DNA of 56,961 nucleotides, filler included, from Spironucleus salmonicida (Eukaryota): NCBI RefSeq assembly GCF_000497125.1. It is 4 parts of 4 records of this genome, joined end to end, with 100 filler letters (N's around TTAATTAATTAA, not from the genome) between each part and the next. Parts side by side here need not be neighbours in the genome. Positions count along the whole stretch, not along the records: positions 1 to 17,330 come from NW_027150731.1; positions 17,431 to 28,065 come from NW_027150732.1; 2 more parts are not named here. One strand, 5' to 3'. Shown piece by piece: positions 14,539 to 23,539 of this stretch (position 1 is its first letter; each line of letters starts with the position of its first letter). The notes under the pieces were generated by a model. It saw only the letters and a program-made list of their open reading frames with translations, ran no database searches and was not told where the DNA came from. The position numbers and the translations under genes were made by a program.

Positions 14539-15309
14539 ATGAGGTTATTAGTTAGAATCAATTAAAAGGGCATATTGGTAGCGGAGGCAAAACGAAGGAC
14601 AGTAACCTCCTATTGGGCTACTGATCCCTAAGAGTACCATGGTTAATCGTAACTAAACCCTGGTAATGATAATCTATCTGAAATGTTCATCTTTTAAAAG
14701 TTATGTAATTTATAAAGTTCAATATTGACATACTATATAAATATTACTTATTATAAAATTTTAACAGATTTTAGAAATGATAAAGTACCATTGCAAATAA
14801 TAAACTCTAAATATTTTAAATTGGTTTATTAAGATTCACATCATCGTATCAATAATTAATAGCACATCCTTCCTGAAGTTGAATATAAGATGTTTTATGA
14901 ATAGTTTAAATTAGCATTCGATGAGTATACTATTGATCCAACAGTAAAAAAATTAAATTTGAATACATGTTTCAGTTATTAAACAAAGATATATTTGGAG
15001 ATTACAAAAACAACAGTAATTATTAAAAGAAATCTTATAAGCAAAATTAATTCAGCTAAGTTCTTTAGACACTTAAATACAGTTTATATAAAATCAAATT
15101 AATGTGATGAAACCATTAGTATCTTAATATATAAAAGTTTAATGCTGTAGCCTTTGAATCGATATATATTTGTTTGGAAAGATATGACTAACAGAACTAA
15201 TTAAATATCATTTAATATTTTAAATTAAACTGATAGTAAAAGAGTTGCATCTCAGGCAGAAGTTTAACAAGAATCAGTTTATATCTTTTGTAGATTCTTG
15301 TTAAAGTGA
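14539..15309 (+). CDS. Hypothetical protein (~256 aa), possibly a minor capsid (penton)-like protein
   Basis: The frame is open with TAR=Gln and ends in AAGTGA; alternative ATGs lie at 14452 and 14683. The C-terminus (TVYIKSNQCD...LQPLNRYIF...NQISFNILNQ...VYIFCRF) recalls the beta-strand pattern of Polinton minor capsid proteins. It lies next to the packaging ATPase. Confidence 0.45.
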
Positions 15310-15352
15310 TTAATACATATAATTTAAGTTATTTTGTTATTCAATTAAATAT

Positions 15353-16418
15353 ATGGAGTACAATATACAATCAGACGAAATTCAATTTTTGATATAAAAA
15401 ACAAAAAAATACTCGGACGCAACTGTCCGGACCCCAGGAGGTCTAAATTGAAATAATGGTTATGGTTATTTTGGACTTATGGGTTCAGCAGGAACAGTCA
15501 AAACGTATTCAATGAATAAAATAAATTAAGCGTATTAGATTAAAGTAAACTATCAAAGTATAATTCAGATGACCCTCATTTAAATAATAAGATATAACTC
15601 ATACGTTCTTCTTAAGTCCGACTATAGGTTGTGATTATACTTATTAGAAATCAAAAACCAAAGATAATAGAATTAATATACCATTTGTTGATTCGAACGG
15701 AAGGACATCAAAATAAAAGTTATTAATGTTATGCCAAGAATTATAGAAAATGAAAACCATTATAAATCTATCATTGATAACATAAGATTAGATACGAACT
15801 ACTTTAAAAGATAAAGAAATTAAAAAATGGAGATCAAAAACTATTCTTTCAAGTTTTTAAAAACATACTTTCACAATTCGAGTGGCTAAAGCAATAGTAT
15901 TAAGAATGTTTAGTTTTATAGAAAGATTGTTTAGGTGATGATGTTGATTAGTATATGTAATTGCTGTATGAATAAATTGGATTGCGCTATAATAAATATT
16001 GACACGAAATTAAAATAGTTTTATTATTAGATGACATGAGTGGAAGTTCATTATTTCAAATTACAACTGAATCTGATTTCTATAAACTAATTATTTAAAG
16101 AAGATATCTTGGAATTTGGGCAACCATTTCATGTTTACATTCTATTAAGATACTGTATGGACCTTTTAGATAGTTGTTTACAGCTTTCTTGTTAATGAAC
16201 GGTCTCAAGGAAGAACATATAAAAGATATCTTTAAGGATATTGGAAGGATAACAAGTTAAGAATTCGAATAGAAATAGTTTATTGAATTGTATAATAGAT
16301 CATTGATTATTTTGGAAACGACTATTCGAAGAGAGGCTAATTCAAATATAGTTTTTTATATATAATTATTTAACCAGACCCAATGATCTTTATAAACTTT
16401 GATAAGCAAGTTAAGTGA
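15353..16418 (+). pseudogene. A32-like (FtsK/HerA superfamily) viral DNA packaging ATPase pseudogene
   Basis: Motifs occur in the expected order across shifted frames: degenerate Walker A GLMGSAGTVKT (15473-15505), FFLSPTIGCD (from 15606), Walker B IVLLLDD (16015-16035), IQRRYLGIW (around 16100), FRQLFTAFLL, FIELYNRS, and KYSFLYI...IFINFDKQVK* ending in AAGTGA. There are several frameshifts and in-frame TGAs. Confidence 0.75.
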
Positions 16419-16477
16419 ATATCTGTTAATTTTTATCTATATTTAAAAGATAGTACCTTCATTTTTTAACCAAAGAA

Positions 16478-17055
16478 ATGGTGAAGTTCATAAACGCAAA
16501 ACTGCTGATTGAAGAAAAAGAGATGACCTAGCTTTCATCGAATTAGTAATAAATAATGAACTCATAAAGATAAATAAGAAAGCTAGTACTAAATAGAAAT
16601 TTGAAAGTAATAACGTATGTAGCAAAGTTGAATAAATAAGATTGCTTAATAAAGATAGAGAAGTAATAGTTGTACTACCTTAAGAACTTGAACAATAGAA
16701 CTATTATATACTCCTGATGTACTTAGCACTAAGCAAGACTATAGCAAGTTTTAATAATTAATAAGATTGAAACATATCATTTGGCTCATACTATAAACAA
16801 ATCTAATATTTATTAACTAAAGATGAAGTGAAAACTATTTAAAATATTTAACCAGCTTCAAGAGAACTATATTTCTGATTCAAAAGGATCCAAACAAAAG
16901 ATCAAGTTCAGGAAAAATAGGAGTAGCCAGGGTTTAGAAAATCATTCTGGCGAAATTTTCTGTTACTGAAAATTGAGTTCGTCACCTCGGAATCTATTAA
17001 GTTAAACAATAAATCAAAGAAAAGAATTCTAATGACATTAGAAGACAGCGAATGA
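16478..17055 (+). pseudogene. Disrupted ORF remnant downstream of the ATPase
   Basis: Coding-like stretches (MVKFINAKLLIEEKE..., SFGSYYKQIQYLLTKDEVK..., ...RILMTLEDSE*) are broken by TGA and frame changes. Confidence 0.35.
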
Positions 17056-17059
17056 ATCA

Positions 17060-17311
17060 TCACTTTACTAAACTGACTGCATACTAAACTAATTCATCGC
17101 ATGATATTTTCCCATAAAGCTCACTGCACTCAACACCTCCAATTTTTTTTGAGAATTATTCCTCCAATAACGGTTATACACTGGGATTTGCCAGCTAAAC
17201 TGCATACAAGGCTCCACAGACATGTGACGGTGCATTCCCACCGCCTGCATATTTTACGATATTCGTTAATGAAGGATTTACCTTTTCGGAGACTTTCTGA
17301 GCACAGTTCAT
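17060..17311 (-). CDS. C_GCAxxG_C_C family putative redox-active protein (83 aa)
   Basis: Translates as MNCAQKV...AGGGNAPSHVCGALYAV...FSKKIGGVECSELYGKISCDELVQYAVSLVK*. It has the NCAQ, GGG, CGAL and two C-terminal Cys pattern, and stops in AAGTGA. Confidence 0.8.
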
Positions 17312-17330
17312 TTTTCAAGATATATACAAA

Positions 17331-17430
17331 NNNNNNNNNNNNNNNNNNNNNNNNNNNNNNNNNNNNNNNNNNNNTTAATTAATTAANNNNNNNNNNNNNN
17401 NNNNNNNNNNNNNNNNNNNNNNNNNNNNNN
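17331..17430. other. Scaffold gap with artificial TTAATTAATTAA spacer
   Basis: N-run, TTAATTAATTAA, N-run; 100 nt in total, with the same layout at all three gaps. Confidence 0.97.
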
Positions 17431-17507
17431 TCAGTTACTGGAGGAGCGGAGTGGACCATTTGCTAATATGCGCCGGCCTCCGTGCGATTGCTCGCTAGGT
17501 TCTTAAA

Positions 17508-17517
17508 CCACTCCACC
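17508..17517 (+). promoter_or_regulatory. C-rich motif immediately upstream of the start codon (CCACTCCACC)
   Basis: Similar C-rich tracts precede the ATGs of HSP90, the sugar porter, RPS14 (48151-48160, minus), 50136, 51268 and 54356. Confidence 0.65.
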
Positions 17518-17518
17518 A

Positions 17519-18514
17519 ATGCAACCCTTCGACCCCCAGGCGTTCGAGAAGACCCTCGGCGGGAAGCCGATCAGGCTCTACACCCTCAGGTCCAAGGACC
17601 TCACCGTGACGGTGCACAACTACGGCTGCGTGATCGTGCAGCTGCTCTTCAAGGGCAAGGACCTGGTGCTCGGCTACGACACCATCGACAAGTACATCAC
17701 CTCCGAGGAGAAGTACTTCTCCGCCGTCGTCGGGCCCGTCTGCAACCGCATCTGCCCGCCGACCGCCACCATCGACGGCCAGGTCCACACCTTCAAGGAC
17801 CACCTCATGATCCTCCACGGCGACGCCCTGCTCACCTGCCACGTCTGGGACGTCGTGGAGAGCTCCGCAGAGCACGTCACGATGCGCACGTCCTTCACCA
17901 ACGCCCTCAACTTCCCCGGCAAGGTGGACTACGAGGTCAAGTTCTCCGTCGCGGGCAGCGTGTTCAGGCTCGAGATCAACGCGGTGTCCGACAAGGCGAC
18001 GATCCTGAACTGCACCTCGCACCCCTACTTCAACTTCGGGGACGCCAACATCCTCAACCACACCCTGCAGATCAACGCCGAGCAGTACCTCGAGGTGGAC
18101 GACAACTGCGTCTCCTGCCGCTACGCCCCCGTCAAGGGCACGCCCTTCGACTTTACCGCGCCCAAGAAGATCGGCCAGGACCTCGACCTCTCCAACGAGC
18201 AGCTGCGCATCGGCGTGGGCTACGACCACAACATGTGCGTGACGCCCAACACCGAGCAGGTGGTTCTGAGCTACGCCGACGTCACCATGCGCATCACGTC
18301 CAACCAGCCCGGCATCCAGTTCTACAACGGCGGCTGCCTCACCACCAAGGACAAGTGCCACCAGGGCAAGTACGGCGTCACCTACGGGCCCAAGCAGGGC
18401 GTCTGCCTCGAGACCCAGCACTACCCCAACACCTGCAACGAGCCCACCTTCCCCCAGATCCACGTCAAGGCCGGCGACAAGTACGTCAACTGGACCGAGT
18501 TTGCCTTCGAGTGA
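17519..18514 (+). CDS. galM: Aldose 1-epimerase (galactose mutarotase), copy 1
   Basis: 331 aa with motifs DLVLGYD, LHG, NCTSHPYFN, GYDHN, PGIQFYNG and CLETQHYPN. Strong third-position GC bias; stop in GAGTGA. Confidence 0.95.
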   Translation: MQPFDPQAFEKTLGGKPIRLYTLRSKDLTVTVHNYGCVIVQLLFKGKDLVLGYDTIDKYITSEEKYFSAVVGPVCNRICPPTATIDGQVHTFKDHLMILHGDALLTCHVWDVVESSAEHVTMRTSFTNALNFPGKVDYEVKFSVAGSVFRLEINAVSDKATILNCTSHPYFNFGDANILNHTLQINAEQYLEVDDNCVSCRYAPVKGTPFDFTAPKKIGQDLDLSNEQLRIGVGYDHNMCVTPNTEQVVLSYADVTMRITSNQPGIQFYNGGCLTTKDKCHQGKYGVTYGPKQGVCLETQHYPNTCNEPTFPQIHVKAGDKYVNWTEFAFE

Positions 18515-18976
18515 GAAGACTCTGCACTGTGGCTGGCCTTCGTCGGGTGGGCGCGGCCTATTTTTTATATATTAATTCTGTAAAAAAATAAAATAGTAAA
18601 TAAGTTATTCAAATATTATATCTTTAAACAAATATATCATTTTGATCATACTTAAAACCGCGGTAATATAAAAGTTACATTATTATTACTAGTAACAGAA
18701 TATTATTTTATTAATACAGTTTGAATTATATTCAGTTTTTTTTGTTTTATAGTGTAGACTAAAAAATATTAATAATTTATTAATAATAAGTTAAAGACAT
18801 TAGTAAACTAAAAACATTACAATAATAAATTTAATTAAAATATTGCGTAATATTATACAAAAAAAAGTTTTACAAATATGATATATTTTCTTTCTATAAA
18901 TTATAATAAAAACTAAACACAATCCTTTCATAATAGTAAATATAATTAATTTATAAATTTCATAAATCAGCATAAA

Positions 18977-20509
18977 ATGTTAATCATACTTTCAGGATAT
19001 ACATAGTTGATGTCATGTTATTCAGATGAAACTCAGCTTGAGGTATCGTAAATGTAAAATTTACTTATTATTCACCTTTACCCTACTGGAAATGAAGCAT
19101 GTAACAAGTTTCCAACGGCAGTTAATATCCAGATTTTGTTCACCAGGTCTGATCGAGATACACAAATTGTAGTAACCGATTTTGATTACAAAACTACAAA
19201 GTAAATACATATTTAGGTGGCAGATATCACAAAATATTTTGACCTTAAAGCAGCATAAGTAGAAATTCGAAGTTATAATGAATTTTATATATAATAAATA
19301 TCAGAAATTACATTAACTAGAAGTCGTGACTCAGTTGTATTCAACAACTTAACGGTAACTTACGATCAAACCATATTCGAAGCTACTGCAAATTTTCCTA
19401 GCAGTTTTACTTCAATTTCAATTACTGCAGCTACGCTAGTTGTTTCTAATTATTTGTAATCCTATACAATCAATTACGACAATTCAAAAGTAGTTGTTGA
19501 TGCTACAGCAAAAACGATATCACTCGAATTTCCCAATTCTACGCTTTCCCCTATTCTATATGATACAGGTATCACTACCATAGAGCTTATTTGCACATAC
19601 GGGTCAAACGATATAGAAGCTATCGGTCATACCAGTACTCATTCGCTTGCTTACAAAAATTAACCTGATCCAGGCGAAGTAACAATTCTCAGTGCCTACG
19701 GGAATGATATTTTCTTAATTCTAGCCCCATCTGAGTATTTTAAAGCCCAACTCAAACTAGCGTAAAGAGTATAAATGGGGCTCGCCTTCAACGACCAAAC
19801 GTGCACGCTCGTGACGCAAATTGAGACAGCGTTACTTACCAAAAACATCGATACCAAAGGAAAGCTTCAGCTTGGCCTAGGAACAGAAGATTTTTAAAAT
19901 GTAACTGCCACTGAAATGTAGCCCCAGGAGTGCCTGGCCTTTATTTTTGCTAGCGGAGTAAATGCCAAGATCAGCATTTCTTTGTATAAAGATAATATAG
20001 CAATAAACCGCTTCGTTTTCCAGGTTCAAAAGATTCGCAAAACGTGCTTTTTTGATGTGAAAATGACGCTCCTGGACAGCAACCTGAAAGTCACAGCGAA
20101 TGACTCGTGCGGGCCCCGCAAGAGCACTCGCGCAAAGCTGACATTAGCTCTCTACAAGACGAGAGCGGACTAACTATTAGATGTGTAAACTGCCTTGAGC
20201 AGTATAGATTTTCTGCTGAATGGCAATATCAACGTGAGTTTCAGCAGCATCAGCGCCGACGAAATTGAAGCGATTAAGGATGCCTACAACTACAGGATTT
20301 AGCTCAATCGTCTCGATGGTGAGTTCATCGACTCGCTGTATCCCGACTTCGACACGGTCACCCTGCTCGAAATAATAATTTTCAACGTAATAATCGTGGT
20401 CTGCTCGGTCGTAGCGACAGGCGTTTTTGGAGGTCTTAACATCTTCTACAAGAAGAAGTAGATGAACAGGAAGAAGCTGAAGATCAAGATCGAAATGGAC
20501 GAGTTCTGA
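18977..20509 (+). CDS. Hypothetical type I membrane protein (510 aa)
   Basis: Open with TAR=Gln. It has a short hydrophobic N-terminus, a long ectodomain with NxS/T sites, a C-terminal TM segment (IIIFNVIIVVCSVVATGVFGGLNIFY) and a basic tail. Confidence 0.85.
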
Positions 20510-20697
20510 GGAATTATATTTTGATGATTAGCTATTGTGGATAGTACGAATGTTGTTACATATCTTGAGTGAAACTTTAGTGATATATCAGGATAAAGCA
20601 TGCTATTGAGGAAATTATGATAATAGTCATTAATTTTTATGTTGTAAATGCTCTGGCTGCATTTTATTAATTAAGTAGAATTCATTTTAAAATATAA

Positions 20698-21841
20698 TAA
20701 TATATAAAAAATAGGCCGCGCCCACCCGGCGAAGGCCAGCCACAGTGCAGAGTCTTCTCACTCGAAGGCAAACTCGGTCCAGTTGACGTACTTGTCGCCG
20801 GCCTTGACGTGGATCTGGGGGAAGGTGGGCTCGTTGCAGGTGTTGGGGTAGTGCTGGGTCTCGAGGCAGACGCCCTGCTTGGGCCCGTAGGTGACGCCGT
20901 ACTTGCCCTGGTGGCACTTGTCCTTGGTGGTGAGGCAGCCGCCGTTGTAGAACTGGATGCCGGGCTGGTTGGACGTGATGCGCATGGTGACGTCGGCGTA
21001 GCTCAGAACCACCTGCTCGGTGTTGGGCGTCACGCACATGTTGTGGTCGTAGCCCACGCCGATGCGCAGCTGCTCGTTGGAGAGGTCGAGGTCCTGGCCG
21101 ATCTTCTTGGGCGCGGTAAAGTCGAAGGGCGTGCCCTTGACGGGGGCGTAGCGGCAGGAGACGCAGTTGTCGTCCACCTCGAGGTACTGCTCGGCGTTGA
21201 TCTGCAGGGTGTGGTTGAGGATGTTGGCGTCCCCGAAGTTGAAGTAGGGGTGCGAGGTGCAGTTCAGGATCGTCGCCTTGTCGGACACCGCGTTGATCTC
21301 GAGCCTGAACACGCTGCCCGCGACGGAGAACTTGACCTCGTAGTCCACCTTGCCGGGGAAGTTGAGGGCGTTGGTGAAGGACGTGCGCATCGTGACGTGC
21401 TCTGCGGAGCTCTCCACGACGTCCCAGACGTGGCAGGTGAGCAGGGCGTCGCCGTGGAGGATCATGAGGTGGTCCTTGAAGGTGTGGACCTGGCCGTCGA
21501 TGGTGGCGGTCGGCGGGCAGATGCGGTTGCAGACGGGCCCGACGACGGCGGAGAAGTACTTCTCCTCGGAGGTGATGTACTTGTCGATGGTGTCGTAGCC
21601 GAGCACCAGGTCCTTGCCCTTGAAGAGCAGCTGCACGATCACGCAGCCGTAGTTGTGCACCGTCACGGTGAGGTCCTTGGACCTGAGGGTGTAGAGCCTG
21701 ATCGGCTTCCCGCCGAGGGTCTTCTCGAACGCCTGGGGGTCGAAGGGTTGCATTGGTGGAGTGGTTTAAGAACCTAGCGAGCAATCGCACGGAGGCCGGC
21801 GCATATTAGCAAATGGTCCACTCCGCTCCTCCAGTAACTGA
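20698..21841 (-). repeat. Inverted duplication, right arm (1144 bp)
   Basis: Reverse complement of 17431-18574. Confidence 0.93.
20758..21753 (-). CDS. galM: Aldose 1-epimerase, copy 2
   Basis: Protein identical to 17519-18514. Confidence 0.95.
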   Translation of the reverse strand: MQPFDPQAFEKTLGGKPIRLYTLRSKDLTVTVHNYGCVIVQLLFKGKDLVLGYDTIDKYITSEEKYFSAVVGPVCNRICPPTATIDGQVHTFKDHLMILHGDALLTCHVWDVVESSAEHVTMRTSFTNALNFPGKVDYEVKFSVAGSVFRLEINAVSDKATILNCTSHPYFNFGDANILNHTLQINAEQYLEVDDNCVSCRYAPVKGTPFDFTAPKKIGQDLDLSNEQLRIGVGYDHNMCVTPNTEQVVLSYADVTMRITSNQPGIQFYNGGCLTTKDKCHQGKYGVTYGPKQGVCLETQHYPNTCNEPTFPQIHVKAGDKYVNWTEFAFE

Positions 21842-22133
21842 TTGTGATTTTGCGATGGCGATCGCATTTATATCGGTATTTTCACTGTAAACATTTCAGC
21901 CAAGGGGGAGAATCTATATTCAGCCGATATATTCCGGAAATGCCCAGAAACCGAAGTCGCAGTTTGCACATATTATGCGATATGCGGCGGGTAATTCCCA
22001 GGCCGGTTGTGCGTGCGGAGATACCGCTTTGTATACAATCCCGACCGCCTTGGCCGGTTCTTAAATACGTGCAATATTCTACGGGCGCCGAGTCCCGCGA
22101 TAATACGGCATCTCCCCGCTCCCCTTCTCCATA

Positions 22134-23459
22134 ATGGTATCGTTCATTCTGCTGTTCCTGCTGCAGACCTTCGCGGGGGAGACCGTGGGCTTCATCATCG
22201 GCAACTTCTCGACGGACATCATGACGCTCTACTACCAGGCCGTCTACGGCGGCACCTTCCAGGAAAACAACACCAAGCTGCAGGCCTTCCTGTCCGTGCT
22301 CTCCATCGGCTTCCTCCTGGGCTTCCTGTTCGGCTCGCTCACGCTCTCCTTGTGGGTGAAGGCCCTCGGCTATAAGAAGACCGCCCTCCTCGGCGCCGCG
22401 ATCGCAACGGTGTTCTACGTCGCCGCCTGCATCGCGGTGAACGAGTACTACCTCCTGGCCATGCGCATCCTGACAGGCTACGGCTCCCAGCTGATGGCCA
22501 ACACCGTCGTCGTCATGATCGGCGAGCACGCCGAGGACAAGCACCGCGGCGTGCTGGGGGTCATGTTCCAGGTGCACGTGTGCCTCGGCATCGTGCTGGT
22601 CACCTTTGTCCTGCTCGGCATCCGCACGTACCAGGACACGTACAACGCCTGGTGGATCTCGTTCGTGGTGTCCATGATCTGGCCCGCGCTCGCGTTCGCC
22701 ACGATCTTCTTCGTGCCCGACGTCAAGCCCAGCGAGACGAAGGACATCCCCCTGAAGGCCGTCTTCGCCAAGAAGTACATGAAGGTGCTCGTCAGCTCGA
22801 TCATGCTCGGCGTGCTCCAGCAGGGCAACGGCATCAACGCCGTGATCCTCTACTCCACGTAGACCTTCGCGAACGTCTTCAACACCCCGCTCAGCTCGGT
22901 GTACGGCGCGCTCATCCTCAACTCTGTCAACTTCCTCTCCACCCTGCTCGCGGTCGCCTTCGTCGAGCGACTCGGCCGCAAGATCCTGCTCTTCGGCGGC
23001 TCTGCGGTCTGCTTCGTGTCCATGGTCGGGCTGCTGGTGAACTACACCCTGTCCAGCAGCAACACGCCGCTGCTGCTGATCTCGTCCATCGTCTTCATCG
23101 TCGGCTTCGAGGTCGGCCCTGGCCCCATCTTCTTCGTGTTCGCGTCCGAGCTGTTCCCCAGCGAGGCGAAGGGCATCTTCACCACGATCCTGAACTGCTT
23201 CAGCCACATCCCCAACCTGTTCGTGGTGTTCCTCTTCCCGATCCTGTCCAACATCAAGACGTGGGTCCCCTTCATCACCTATCTTGGCTGCACCGCCGTC
23301 ACCGGCATCGTGCTGTTCTTTACCTGCCCCGAGACCAAGGGCAAGACCCAGGCCGAGATCGACGTCATCATGACCGGCGCGAGCTGCGAGGGCAGACCTT
23401 CCGAAGCTGAGAAGGGCGAGTCCAAGTTCGGCTCCGGGGCGCTGGCCGCCGACGAGTGA
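22134..23459 (+). CDS. MFS sugar porter family transporter (441 aa)
   Basis: ORF-track pieces 22134-22862 and 22899-23459 join in frame through one TAG (Gln). Motifs: HRGVLG, QQGNGINAVILYS, VERLGRK, GPGPIFF, ELFP, PETKGKT. Stop in GAGTGA. Confidence 0.95.
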
Positions 23460-23539
23460 GAGTGCTGCTTACAGTTTGGTATTTTGCTTAGCCTGCACAC
23501 TGATAGTGGAGGCGACGCCCAGAGTGAAGTTGAAAAAAC

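Larger units (their letters stand above)
14539..17055 (+). mobile_element. Degenerate endogenous Polinton-like/virophage-like viral cassette (boundaries uncertain)
   Basis: Three co-oriented AT-rich ORFs or ORF remnants centred on an A32-like packaging ATPase pseudogene. No terminal repeats, pPolB, integrase or major capsid gene were recognised. Confidence 0.6.
17431..18574 (+). repeat. Inverted duplication, left arm (1144 bp)
   Basis: Reverse complement of 20698-21841. One difference was seen (18543 vs 20729). The arm begins exactly at the contig edge. Confidence 0.93.

Noticed and set aside
15450-16880. Idea that TGA encodes Trp within the virus-like cassette
   Set aside because: Frameshifts and a damaged Walker A co-occur, TGG is used for Trp, and both ORFs end at TGA, so decay is the simpler explanation.
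17331-17430. TTAATTAATTAA palindrome inside the N-runs (also 28066-28165 and 46589-46688)
   Set aside because: The same 100-nt layout occurs at all gaps; it is a scaffolding spacer, not biology.
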